A stretch of DNA of 64,000 nucleotides, from assembly GCA_963695095.1 (NCBI GenBank), contig CAVOFT010000001.1, forward strand, positions 2,688,001-2,752,000. Reading direction: 5' to 3'. Origin of the DNA: an uncultured bacterium (GTDB lineage Bacteria; Krumholzibacteriota; Krumholzibacteriia; JACNKJ01). Both the position numbers and the translations under genes were made by a program. Positions 46,542 to 57,242 of this stretch are shown piece by piece. The first letter of the stretch is position 1. Every line of letters starts with the position of its first letter. The notes under the pieces were generated by a model. The model was not told the origin of the DNA. It saw nothing but the letters and a program-made list of their open reading frames with translations, and did no database searches.

Positions 46542-46614
46542 TGGGCGATACTGGGATCGAACCAGTGACCTCATGCGTGTGAAGCATGCGCTCTCCCAGC
46601 TGAGCTAACCGCCC
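46542..46614 (-). tRNA. tRNA-Val(CAC), CCA not encoded
   Basis: GGGCGGTTAGCTCAGCTGGGAGAGC...CATGC-TTCACAC-GCATG...GGTTCGATCC...ATCGCCCA. Confidence 0.95.
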
Positions 46615-46616
46615 CT

Positions 46617-46692
46617 TGGTGGACCGCAGGAGGATCGAACTCCTGACCTCTGCATTGCGAACGCAGCGCTCTACCAGCTGAGCTAGCGGCCC
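46617..46692 (-). tRNA. tRNA-Ala(CGC)
   Basis: Cloverleaf, anticodon loop TTCGCAA, G3:U70 pair, CCA end. Confidence 0.96.
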
Positions 46693-46890
46693 TGAAAGCG
46701 GATGCCAATGTAGCGGAAGGACCCGGGGAAGGCAAGCCCCCGGGGGCGCCTCGCCGCGGGCGCCCGCGGCCGCGGCACGGGCGGCCCCGCGCGGCCGCTC
46801 ACGCCCGGCGCGACAGAGGCCAACAAAGGCGCGGGGCCCCTCGCGCCGGGCGATGCCACGGCGCGGGAGGCCCCGCAGCGAGGGGGGTGT

Positions 46891-47331
46891 CTAGCGGACC
46901 TGGATCTCGCGGCCGGCCACCTGCTCGGCCTTGGCGATCGAGATCATCAGCAGGCCGTTCTTGAACTCGGCCTCGATCTTCTCCGGATCGGCCTCCTTGG
47001 GCAGCCGGAAGCTGCGCTCGAAGCGGCCGTAGAGGCGCTCGACCCGGCGGAAGCGGCGCTCCTTCTCCTCCACGATGCTCTTGCGCTCGCCGCTGAGGAC
47101 CAGCAGGCCGTCCTCCACCTTGAGGCTGAGGTCGCTCTTCTCGAGACCGGGCAGCTCGACGTGGATCTCGTACTGCTTGTCCGTCTCGGCGATGTCCACG
47201 CGGGGGCTCCACTGCACCTGGGCCTCGGGCTCGCAGGTGGCGCAGCCCGCCGGGGCCTTGAAGAACTCGTTCCAGAGGCGGTCGATGTCGTTCATGCCGG
47301 CGTACTGGGGCTTCCACTTGATGAGAGTCAT
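46891..47331 (-). CDS. Hsp20/alpha-crystallin small heat-shock protein
   Basis: WSPRVDI.E, VELPG, SGERK, ER.YGRFERSFRLP, FKNGLL. Confidence 0.95.
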   Translation of the reverse strand: MTLIKWKPQYAGMNDIDRLWNEFFKAPAGCATCEPEAQVQWSPRVDIAETDKQYEIHVELPGLEKSDLSLKVEDGLLVLSGERKSIVEEKERRFRRVERLYGRFERSFRLPKEADPEKIEAEFKNGLLMISIAKAEQVAGREIQVR

Positions 47332-47404
47332 CTCGGCTCCTCCTGATTCGTCTCGAGCCTGCGGGCTCGAAGGGCTTGGGGGGTTATCTGCTCGACCTCG
47401 CTAC

Positions 47405-47421
47405 AGCAACCGCCTTGCCAA
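47405..47421 (-). promoter_or_regulatory. Sigma54 promoter of hsp20
   Basis: TTGGCAAGGCGGTTGCT matches TGGCA-N6-TTGCW. Confidence 0.7.
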
Positions 47422-47671
47422 ACTGGGCACATCGCCACAAGTGGCTATCTGAATTGGACTTGGCATGTGTACACGTGTACACTCGCAGGCCCGCGCCTCG
47501 AATTACTGCCATCGTGGCGCACTCATGCGCTGCCATATCGGCTGGCCTCGGACGACCCGTCACCGGCCTGACAGGCCCCCTGGCAGAGTCGCCGCGAACT
47601 GCCCGCCGGTGGACTTGTGGAGAAGCCGCTCCGGGATTACCCTGCGCTCAGTCCAGCACCGGAGGTGCAGC

Positions 47672-48878
47672 ATGGCCATGAAGACGCAGCCCGGCCTGTC
47701 CCGCCGCGGCCTCGCCGTCCCCGCGAGCCCCATCCGCCGGCTCGTGCCCTACGCCGATCGCGCCAAGGCCGCGGGCACCAAGATCTACCACCTCAACATC
47801 GGCCAGCCGGACATCCCCACCCCGCGCGAGATGATCCGCGCCTACCAGGCCTTCACGGCCGAGGTGCTCGCCTACGGGCCCAGCCAGGGCATCCCCGAGT
47901 TCCGCCGCGCCGTGTCCACCTACTGGAAGGGCTGGCAGGTCGATCTCGCCCCCGAGCAGGTCATCGCCACCACCGGCGGCAGCGAGGCCATCCTCTTCGC
48001 CCTGCTCGCCCTCTGCGACCCGGGCGACGAGGTGCTCATCCCCGAGCCCTTCTACACGAACTACCTGGGCTTCGCGGCCGTGGCCTCCGTGAACGTGGTG
48101 CCCGTGCCCGCCAGCGTGACGGACGGCTTCCGCCTGCCCGCCGACGCCGAGTTCCAGCGCCGCATCACGCCGCGCACGCGGGCCATCCTCTTCAGCAATC
48201 CGGGCAACCCGACGGGCGCCGTCTACACGGCCGCCGAGCTGCGTCGCCTCGGCAACCTGGCCGGCGAGCACGGGCTCTTCCTGCTCGCGGACGAGGTCTA
48301 CCGCGAGTTCGTCTACGACGGCGCCCGCTTCACGAACGTGTTCTACGCTCACGGATGTCGCCGACCGCGTGATCGTCCTCGACAGCGTGAGCAAGCGCTA
48401 CAGCGCCTGCGGCGCGCGCGTGGGCTACCTCGCCACGCGCAACGAGGCGGTGCTGGACGCCGCGCTGCGCCTCGGCCAGGCGCGGCTCTGCCCGCCCACC
48501 GTGGACCAGCTCGCCGCCGCCGCCGCCTACACGACGCCGCCCAGCTACCTCGAAGGCGTGCGCGTCGAGTACCAGGCGCGGCGCGACACCCTGTTCGCGG
48601 CCCTCTCGGGCATTGCCGGCGTCACCAGCTTCAAGCCGGCCGGCGCCTTCTACACGGTGGCCAAGCTGCCCGTGGCCGACGCCGAGAAGTTCGCCATCTG
48701 GCTGCTCACGGACTTCCGGCACGAGGGTGCCAGCGTGATGCTGGCGCCGGCCAGCGGCTTCTACGCCACCGAGGGCAGCGGCCAGGACGAGGTGCGCATC
48801 GCCTACGTGCTCAAGAACGAGGATCTGAAGGCCGCCATGGCCGTCCTGGCCGCGGGGCTGAAGGCCTTCCCGGGCTAG
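47672..48878 (+). CDS. Class I PLP-dependent aminotransferase (frameshift near 48345)
   Basis: LNIGQPD, NPGNPTG, ADEVY, DSVSKRYSACGARVG. Confidence 0.92.
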
Positions 48879-48952
48879 GGTCTTCCTCGACGAGGGCGGG
48901 ACCGGCTGTGCTATGCTTGTAGCGCCGCGCACTCTCGCCTCGGAGGAGCCCC

Positions 48953-51900
48953 ATGCCTCGCCTCGCCGCCTTCTGCCTCCTGCTCTGCCTCGCCCTGCCC
49001 GCCGCGCCGCCGCCCGGGGGCCGCGGCGACGTGATCGCCGACTTCGAGTCCGGCAGCGTCACGCTGGCGAGCTACCCCGACCAGGACCTGGATCCCGGCG
49101 ACTGGGCGCTCATCACCACCGGCACCCACGCGGGCAGCGCCTACTCGCTGCGGCTCTTCGGCAACACCTGGAAGACGCAGGCAGTGACCCCGCGGGCGGT
49201 GAGCCCCGGCACGGTCTGGCAGGTGGCGGTCCATGTCGAGGCCGAGGCGGAGATGCAGGCCTTCGGGGTGAGCGACGGCACCAACGAGCTGCTCTACACG
49301 CTCGCCGGCGAGCAGCTGCCCACGGGTCCCCAGTGGTGGACCGTCTACCAGGGCGCCTTCCCGAGCGGCGAGTGGCGCGTCTACCTGCTGCCCATCGGCG
49401 AGGACTGGCCGGCCACGCACGGCTACCTGCCCGAGATCACGACGCTCATCTACGTGAACGACCGCGACGCAGGCGGCAGCGCCGCCACGCGCTTCGACGC
49501 CGTGATCGACGTCACCGCCGACCTGCCCGTCGCCCCCACGGTCGAGGCCGGCTACGCGATCCAGCGCCTCACGCGCCTGGGCAAGGATCGCTACCGCGCC
49601 GGCATCCAGTTCAGCGCCCAGGTCACCGACCCCGACTCCCCCACGCACGACTACCACTGGGACTTCGGCGACGGCGCCACGAGCAGCGAGGCCGCGCCCT
49701 TTCACGACTTCATCGTCGAGGCCGACTACGCCTACGCGGTGGGCCTCGTCGTCACCGATCCTGACGGCCTCACCGGCGGCGACACCTGCCAGGTGGCCGT
49801 CGAGCCGGGCGAGGCACAGGGGCCGATCACCGTGAACTTCGTGGGCGACATCATGATCGCCCGCGCCTACGAATCCAACGGCGGCATCATCGACACCTAC
49901 GGCGTCGACGCCATCTTCGCCCCGACCAAGCCCATCTTCGCCGACGCGGCCGACCTCAGCGTCTGCAACCTGGAGTGCTCCTTCACGGACCAGGGCACGC
50001 CGCACCCGACCAAGAGCGTCAACTTCCGCGCCCGGCCCGAGAACTTCGTCGGCGTGGTGAACGCGGGCATCGATCTGTGCGACCTCGGCAACAACCACAT
50101 CATCGACTACGGCGAGGTCGGCATGCTGCAGACGATCCAGCTCTGCGCCGATGCCGACATGCCCACCATCGGCGCCGGCCGCAACGACCGCGAGGCCCTG
50201 GCGCCGGCCTTCCTCAGCGAGCGCGGCATCCGCCTGGGCTTCCTCGGCCTGTCCAACCGCACGGGCCGGCGCTGGAACTACCAGCCCTTCCTCGACGCGG
50301 GCGCGAGCAAGCCCGGCTTCGCCTACCTGATGCCCAAGAACCTCGAGGAGTCCATCGCCGCCGCCCGCGACGAGGCCGACGTGCTCATCGTGCAGACGCA
50401 CAGCGGCGACGAGTACCTCGCCGCCGGCGCCCCGGATGAAGACAGCCCGGGCGGCGCCAAGGCGCTGCCGGCCGACGGCTTCCTCGCCGAGCCGCCGGTG
50501 GAGGCCTTCGCGCCGGCTCTCGGCGATCCCGACTTCCGCTTCCGCAACGAGCCCCTGCCCACCGAGCGCGCGCTGCGCCGGCAGGCGCTGGACCTGGGCG
50601 CGGACATCCTCATCAACCACCATCCGCACGTGCTGCAGGGCTTCGAGTCCTACCAGGGCAAGCTGATCGCCCACAGCCTGGGCAACTTCATCTTCGACCT
50701 CTACTACCCCGAGACCATGCCCACCCTCGTCCTCACGCTCGAGATCGAGAAGACGGGCATCACCGGCTACACCTTCGTGCCCGCCTGGATCGACGACTAC
50801 ATCACGCAGCCCGCCACGGGCATGCTCGGCCGCGAGATCATGGACCGCCTGGCCGACTACTCGCGCGACATGGGAGCGCTGGTCGCCGTGGACATCTACA
50901 CCAACAGCGCGCGCATCTACCTGGATCCGGCCGCCGCGCCCAGCAGCGTGGAGATGATCCAGGCTCAGCTGCCCTTCCGCGCCGAGGCCGGCGCGGCCAT
51001 CAGCCGGCCGCTGGAGCTGGCCGGTGGCGGGCCCCTCTCGCGCATCGTCGATCTCAGCGGCGAGGGCCTGGGCGCCTGGGAGTACCGCTGCGGCCGCGAG
51101 CTGCTCTGGCACGGGGGCTTCGAGGACGAGGGCGCGAGCTTCTGGGACCTCACGGCGCCGGACGAGTGGCTGGACGAGAGCGAGGCCGCCGCCGGCCAGC
51201 GCTCGCTGGCGATTCGCCGCAGCGCCGGCCAGGCCGAGGCCGGCAGCGACCAGGAGCGCCATCTCCCATGCGATCCGGAGAAGGAACACAGCCTGCTGGG
51301 CTGGATGCGGGGCGACAATGCGGCCGCCGCCAACGTGCTCGCCCGCTTCTACGTGGATCGCAACGCGGGCAGCCCGCTGAGCAGCGAGGCCCTCGGCCCG
51401 GCGCTCGCGGGCACTGTTGACTGGCACCTGCAGTGGGCGGAACTCGCGACGCCAGGCGAAGGCGACTGGTTCGAGGTGCGCTGCACGCTCGGCGCCCCCA
51501 GCAGCGGCAGCGGGCAGGCGAACTATGATGGCCTTGCCTTCATCGAGTGGGAAGCCTGGCAGACCGGCGCGCCCGGCGCCCTCGTCCCCCATCCGCACAA
51601 CTTCCGGTACATCCAGTTCCGCAGCGCGAACCCCGCCTTGACCCAGGCCCTGCTCAGCTACGAGGAGACCCGCTACGTCGAGGATCTCAGCGGTCTGCCC
51701 GGCGAGGCGACTCCCGCAGCGCCTCTGCTCGCGCAGAACTACCCGAATCCCTTCAATCCGAGCACGCGCTTCACCCTCAGCCTGCCGGCGGGCGAGGCGA
51801 GCGCCCCGGTCGTGCTGAGCATCCACGACGTGCAGGGCCGGCAGCTCGCCCTGCTCTTCAGCGGTCGCCTCGCCGGCGGCGAGCGCCTCAGCCTGGACTG

Positions 51901-52006
51901 GGACGGCCGCGACGGCGAGGGCCGGCGCCTGCCCAGCGGGGTCTACTTCGCGCGCGCGCGCCTGGGCGAGCGCAGCGAGTCGCGGAAGCTGGTGCTGCTC
52001 AAATAA
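48953..52006 (+). CDS. Secreted CapA-family metallophosphoesterase with PKD domain and FlgD/T9SS-like tail
   Basis: WDFGDG (PKD), GDIM, NLEC, GNNHIIDYG, HHPHVLQG, SLGNFIF, QNYPNPFNP...KLVLLK. Confidence 0.85.
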   Translation: MPRLAAFCLLLCLALPAAPPPGGRGDVIADFESGSVTLASYPDQDLDPGDWALITTGTHAGSAYSLRLFGNTWKTQAVTPRAVSPGTVWQVAVHVEAEAEMQAFGVSDGTNELLYTLAGEQLPTGPQWWTVYQGAFPSGEWRVYLLPIGEDWPATHGYLPEITTLIYVNDRDAGGSAATRFDAVIDVTADLPVAPTVEAGYAIQRLTRLGKDRYRAGIQFSAQVTDPDSPTHDYHWDFGDGATSSEAAPFHDFIVEADYAYAVGLVVTDPDGLTGGDTCQVAVEPGEAQGPITVNFVGDIMIARAYESNGGIIDTYGVDAIFAPTKPIFADAADLSVCNLECSFTDQGTPHPTKSVNFRARPENFVGVVNAGIDLCDLGNNHIIDYGEVGMLQTIQLCADADMPTIGAGRNDREALAPAFLSERGIRLGFLGLSNRTGRRWNYQPFLDAGASKPGFAYLMPKNLEESIAAARDEADVLIVQTHSGDEYLAAGAPDEDSPGGAKALPADGFLAEPPVEAFAPALGDPDFRFRNEPLPTERALRRQALDLGADILINHHPHVLQGFESYQGKLIAHSLGNFIFDLYYPETMPTLVLTLEIEKTGITGYTFVPAWIDDYITQPATGMLGREIMDRLADYSRDMGALVAVDIYTNSARIYLDPAAAPSSVEMIQAQLPFRAEAGAAISRPLELAGGGPLSRIVDLSGEGLGAWEYRCGRELLWHGGFEDEGASFWDLTAPDEWLDESEAAAGQRSLAIRRSAGQAEAGSDQERHLPCDPEKEHSLLGWMRGDNAAAANVLARFYVDRNAGSPLSSEALGPALAGTVDWHLQWAELATPGEGDWFEVRCTLGAPSSGSGQANYDGLAFIEWEAWQTGAPGALVPHPHNFRYIQFRSANPALTQALLSYEETRYVEDLSGLPGEATPAAPLLAQNYPNPFNPSTRFTLSLPAGEASAPVVLSIHDVQGRQLALLFSGRLAGGERLSLDWDGRDGEGRRLPSGVYFARARLGERSESRKLVLLK

Positions 52007-52260
52007 AGACTATTGCCTCTGCTTTGCGGCCTACCCCACGGGGCTGCGCGGGGCTTCCCATGACTCCCCAGCATTCCCGCTTGCGCCGCGCACGCTTCGC
52101 GCAACATTTTCCGGCAGGCAGCAGCCCCGCCGCCTGTGCTACACTGATGGCTACCCCTGCAGGGCCGTGACCCGCCATGCCGCCCACCGCGCGGCGGATG
52201 TCTGTGCCCGCGCCGATACCAACGGATCATCCGCGACGAGCTTCGACCAAGGACGTACCG

Positions 52261-55200
52261 ATGACTCGCAGCCTGCTGACCCGCCTCATCGTCTCCAGTC
52301 TGCTCCCGCTTGCCCTCCTGCCGACATCAAGCCTCGCCGGCTCCAGCGAGCGGCCGCTGCCCCTGCAGGCCGCCTGGGACCAGTCCCTTCCCACCGGCCG
52401 CTGGCTGGCCGAGGTGATCGCCGATCCCGCTGCAGACCGCAGCTTGCCGCCCAGCCTGACCTGGTACTGGCTCCTGGACGGCGGCGAGCGCCTCGTGGCG
52501 GCCGATCTGGTCGGCGTCGAGGAGGAGCCGGTGGCGGCCCTGGCCGAGAGCCCGCGGCGCCTGCCCCTGATCGGCAGCGAAGGCACGGTCACTCGCGATG
52601 CCGGCGGCGAAGCGCTATGGACGGCCGACTACAGCGTCGAACTCGGCGCGCCGCAGCGTCTGCACGGGCGCGCGGTTCAGTCCGTGACGATCAAGCCCTT
52701 CCGCCTGGCCGATGGCCGGCTCTACGCCCTGCGCGGCGCCAGCCTGCGCCTGCGCACGGCCGCTGCTGCGGAGCTTCCGTTTGCGCTGAGCCCCCTGCGG
52801 CCCGACTTCCCCCTGCGCCAGCGGCTGGAGAGCCGCCTTGGCGCGCTGCTGCTCAATCCGGAGACCCTGCCCGGCTCCCCCGGTGACCGCGCCGTCGGCG
52901 GCGGCGGCTTCCCCACCAACGTGCCGGGCATCGAAGGCGCAGCGGTCGCCATGGTCATGGTCGCGCCCGACTCCTTCATGGACCTTTGCGAGACTTACGC
53001 CGCCGCGCGCACCAACCAGGGCGTACCCACGGTGGTGCGCAGCATGGAGTGGATCGCCAGCCACTACCCGCGGGGCGGCGATCGGGCCGAGATGCTGCGC
53101 GGCTTCGTGCAGGACGCCTATGCGAAGTGGTCCATCGAGCATCTGCTGCTCGTCGGCGACGCGGCGCTCATCCCGCCCCGCTACGCCTACACCGAGATCT
53201 TCGGCGGCGACATCACCACCGCCCCCACCGACATGTACTACGCCTGCCTGGACGGCGACTGGAACGCCAACCGCAATTCCCGCTGGGCCGAGGCGGCCGA
53301 CACCCTGGCGGGCGATCCCGGCGACGTGACGGACTGGCTGGCGGAGATCAACGTCGGCCGCCTGCCCGCCGCCACGCGGGCGGAGTGCAGCACCCTGCTC
53401 AGCAAGCAGAGCAGCTACCACGACGCGGCCATGAATCCCTACCAGCAGCGCTTCCTGATGCTGGGCGAGGTGCTCTTCCCCTCCGACTGGGTGCCGGGGC
53501 AGAACATCATCTCCGACGGCGCCGCGTTCTGCGAGTCGATCTACGTCAAGTACACGGGGCCGCAGCACCAGGTGAAGCGCCTCTATGAGAACAACACGGC
53601 CTACCCCGGCTCCTTCCCCCTCACGGTCCAGTCGGCCCTGGACTCCATGTCCAACGGCTTCAACATCGTCCTGCACAACGGCCATGGCCAGCGGCAGACG
53701 ATGCGCGTGGGCAACGGCAGCATCGACAACAACATGGCCAGCCAGCTCGACAACGGCAACCGTACCTTCCTGCTCTACATGATCAACTGCACGGCGGCGG
53801 CCTTCGACTACAACTGCATCGCCGAGGCCTTCATGAAGAACCCGGGCGGCGGCTCGTGGGCGGTCGTGGGCTCCACGCGCGAGACCTTCGCCAACATCAA
53901 CGCCCTCTACATGGACATCTTCTTCAGCTCGATCTTCAATAACTCCGCGATGCGCGTCGGCGACCTGTTCATGGCCAGCCTCGCCTACTACAACAGCCAG
54001 ACCCTCCTGGACAGCGGCCACCGCTGGGCGCATTCCACGCTCACCCTGATGGCCGATCCCAGCAACTGGCTACACTACGCGGGGGCCGGCACGCTGTCGA
54101 CCAACCTGCCCGCCTCGGCGGCCCTCGGCGGCGGCCCGCTGACGATCACCGTGACCCAGGGCGTGAGCACGCCGGTGGCGGGCGCCATCGTCACCCTGCG
54201 CAAGGGCGAACAGGACTACCAGTGGGCGGCGACCAACGGCGCGGGGCAGGCGAGCTTCACGCTGAAGGCTTCCACCGCGGGTACCTATGAAGTCAACGTG
54301 GAAGCGCGCGATTTCCGGCCGAAGACGGCGAGCTTCAGCGCTACCGCCCCGATCGGCGCGCCGCGGCCCTACATCGCCGCCGTGACGCTGAATGATACGA
54401 ACGGCGGCAGCATCATCGGCAACGGCAACGGCGTTGCCGAGCGCGGCGAAACGGTGCGGCTGACCCTGACCCTCGCCAACAGCGGCACGACCACGGCCAG
54501 CGCGGTCACGGGCCTGCTGACCAGCAGCTCGCCCGATGTCACCGTGCTGGACGGCGCCGACAGCTACGGCAATCTCATCGCGGGCGGCAGCAACCCCGGC
54601 AGCGACCCCTACCTGATCCGGATCCTGGACAGCGCCGTCGACGATGAGATCCTGCCCTTCGCCCTGGCGATCACCACGGGCCAGGGCGTCTTCGGCGAGG
54701 ACTTCTTCCTGGAGGCGGCCGCGGCTCGCCTGGCCCTCCACGGCAGCACTCTCGACGACAGCCAGGGCGGCGACGGCGACGGCCTGCTCGAGGCCGGCGA
54801 GACGGCCGCCTTCGCCCTCTCGCTCGCCAACTGGGGCCGCGCCGATGCCGTCGACGTCCAGGCCGCGGCCTCCCCGACCGCGGGCAGCAGCCTGATCGTG
54901 AACTCCGGTTCCGTCGATCTCAACACGCTGGCCGCCCTGACGGCGAACCTCGGGCCGGCGACCTTCAGCGTCACCCGCAGCGGCGCGAACGCCGCCGGAG
55001 CTGCTGGTGGTGCTGAGCGACAGCTACGGTCACACCGACAGCCTCACCCTGCTGCTCGAGCGGCCGCTGAGCCTGCCCTCGGCGCCGCTGTTCGCCTTCA
55101 GCGAGGATCCGACCCGGATCACGCTCAACTGGGAGCCCGGGCTCCCCCTCGATGCGGCCGGCTACCGGGTCTATCGCGCCGATGAGGCAGCCGGACCCTA

Positions 55201-56975
55201 CGCGCTCATCTCCCCCGACTGGGTGAGCAACGCCACCTACAGGGACGACGGTCTCGCCCCGCTCACCAGCTACTGGTATCGCGTGCAGGCGCTCTCGGCC
55301 GCCGGCCTGACGGGCGCCCTCTCCGACTCCAGCAAGGTGACCGCGCCGCTGCCCCTGCGGCCGGGCTGGCCGCAGACGCTGAACCTGGAGACGGCGAGCA
55401 CGCCGGTGGTCGGCGATGTGAACGGCGATGGGGTGAACGAGATCTTCGTCGCCGCGGACAAGGTCTACGGCTTCGCCCTCGACGGCAGCGAGCTGGCCGA
55501 CGGCGACAACAATCCGCTCACCAAGGGCGTCATCAGCAGCCTCGGCAACTTCTATCGCAACTGCCCGCTGGCGATGGGCGACCTGACCGACAGCCCCGGC
55601 CTCGAGCTGGTGGCCGGCAGCTGGGACACCGGCCAGGTCATCGTCTTCGAGTTCGAGCGACGGCCCCGGCGGCATCGAAGCCAGCCCGGCCCCGGGCTGG
55701 CCGCGCACGATCGCCGCCCCCGGCGGCATCGGCATCTGGGCCGCGCCGGCGCTGGCCGACATCGACGGCGATCGCCGGCTGGAGATCCTCGTCACCGACA
55801 TCGGCGGCTACCTGAACGCCTGGTATGCGAACGGCAGCACCGTACCGGGCTTCCCCAAGTCCGGCCAGGGCTCCTGGACGCGCTCGACGACGGCCTTCGG
55901 CAACATCGACGGCGACCTCGACTTCGAGATCTTCCAGGCCACCTCGACCGGGCGCCTCCACGGCTACCAGGGCAACGGCAGCGTCCTGTCCGGCTTCCCG
56001 AAGACCGGCATGACGGCCATCTTGTCCAGCCCGGCCGTGGGCGACATCGACGACGACGGCTTCCCGGAGATCATCGTCAGCGCCGAGAACGACTCGATCT
56101 ACGCCTTCAACCACACGGGCACCCGCGTGCCCGGCTGGCCGAAGCGGCTCGTCAACAACATCGACAACACCATCAAGGCTCCCAGTCCTGCGCTCGCGGA
56201 CATCACGGGCGACGGCGTGCCGGAGATCTTCGCGGTCAGCGTCCACGACAGCCATCACACGGAGCTGGGCTGGCTCGACGCCGGCGCGAACTGGCTGCCC
56301 GGCTGGCCCGTCACCTTCGACGGCTTCACCCAGGCCGGCGCCACCGTGGGCGACCTTGACGGCGACGGCGACCTCGAGGTGGTACTACCCCAGGAGAGCG
56401 GTATCATCAGCGCCTGGCATCACGACGGCACCCCCGTGGACGGCTTCCCGCTCACGACCAGCGAGTTCGCCCGCTCGGCGGCCTGCTTGATGGACATCGA
56501 CAAGGACGGCCTGCTCGACCTGGTCTTCGCCGGCTGGGACCGCAGCCTCTACATCTGGGAGTTCCCCACGGCTTACGATCCCGAGCTGACGCCCTGGTAC
56601 ACCTACATGCACGACTTCCGGCGCACGGGCAACACGAGCACCCTGGACTGGGTGGTCGGCGTGGACGATGAGGATCCGCTGCCCGCCGGGCGCGTCTTCC
56701 GCCTCGACGAGAACTGGCCCAACCCCTTCAACCCGAGCACCAACATCCGCTTCACGGTGGGCGGCAGCACCTCGCAGCCGGTGCTGCTGGAGATCTACGA
56801 CCTGCGCGGCCGCCGCTTGAAGAGCCTGACCCAGGGCACCCTGGCGCCGGGCACCTACGTGCACAGCTGGAACGGACGCGACGAGGCCGGCAACGAGCTG
56901 GCCAGCGGCATCTACTTCGCGCGGCTGAAGGTGGGCAAGGCCAGCGAGACGAAGAAGCTGACCTTGCTCAAGTAG
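52261..56975 (+). CDS. Secreted C25 (gingipain-like) cysteine peptidase with FN3, FG-GAP repeats and FlgD/T9SS-like tail (frameshifts near 54995 and 55655)
   Basis: LLLVGD, TDMYYACLDG, VGRLP, HNGHG and MINC dyad, GDxxGDG repeats, NWPNPFNP...KLTLLK. Confidence 0.85.
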
Positions 56976-57046
56976 CGGGAGCGCGCGGAGCCTCCCGCTC
57001 GCTCGCGCTGCGAAGCTCGTTCGCAGGAGGCCCCGCGCGCTCCTGC
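56975..57046. repeat. REP-like inverted pair
   Basis: GCGGGAGCGCGCGGAGCCTCCCGC and, in inverted orientation, GCAGGAGCGCGCGGGGCCTCCTGC. Confidence 0.45.
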
Positions 57047-57061
57047 GGCTCGAACAGCATC

Positions 57062-57096
57062 AGCCCCTGCGCCTCCCCGGCGCAGGGGCCTTTTCG
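57062..57096 (+). terminator. Intrinsic terminator
   Basis: GCCCCTGCGCC/GGCGCAGGGGC stem followed by CTTTT. Confidence 0.75.
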
Positions 57097-57242
57097 TTGC
57101 GGCGCCCGGCAACCCCTGCCACCCGGCGCGGGAGCTTCGGCTTTGGGGAGGAGAGCACTGCGACCTTTCCCGAGTGATCTGCGCAGCGAGAACGAGGGGA
57201 AGGTCGCAGCGCTCCCCCTGGCCGCCGCCGAAGCCCCCGCGC

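Noticed and set aside
46380..46620. Integrated element at tRNA-Val
   Set aside because: No integrase and no duplicated tRNA 3' end found in the window. Lack of an encoded CCA is common.
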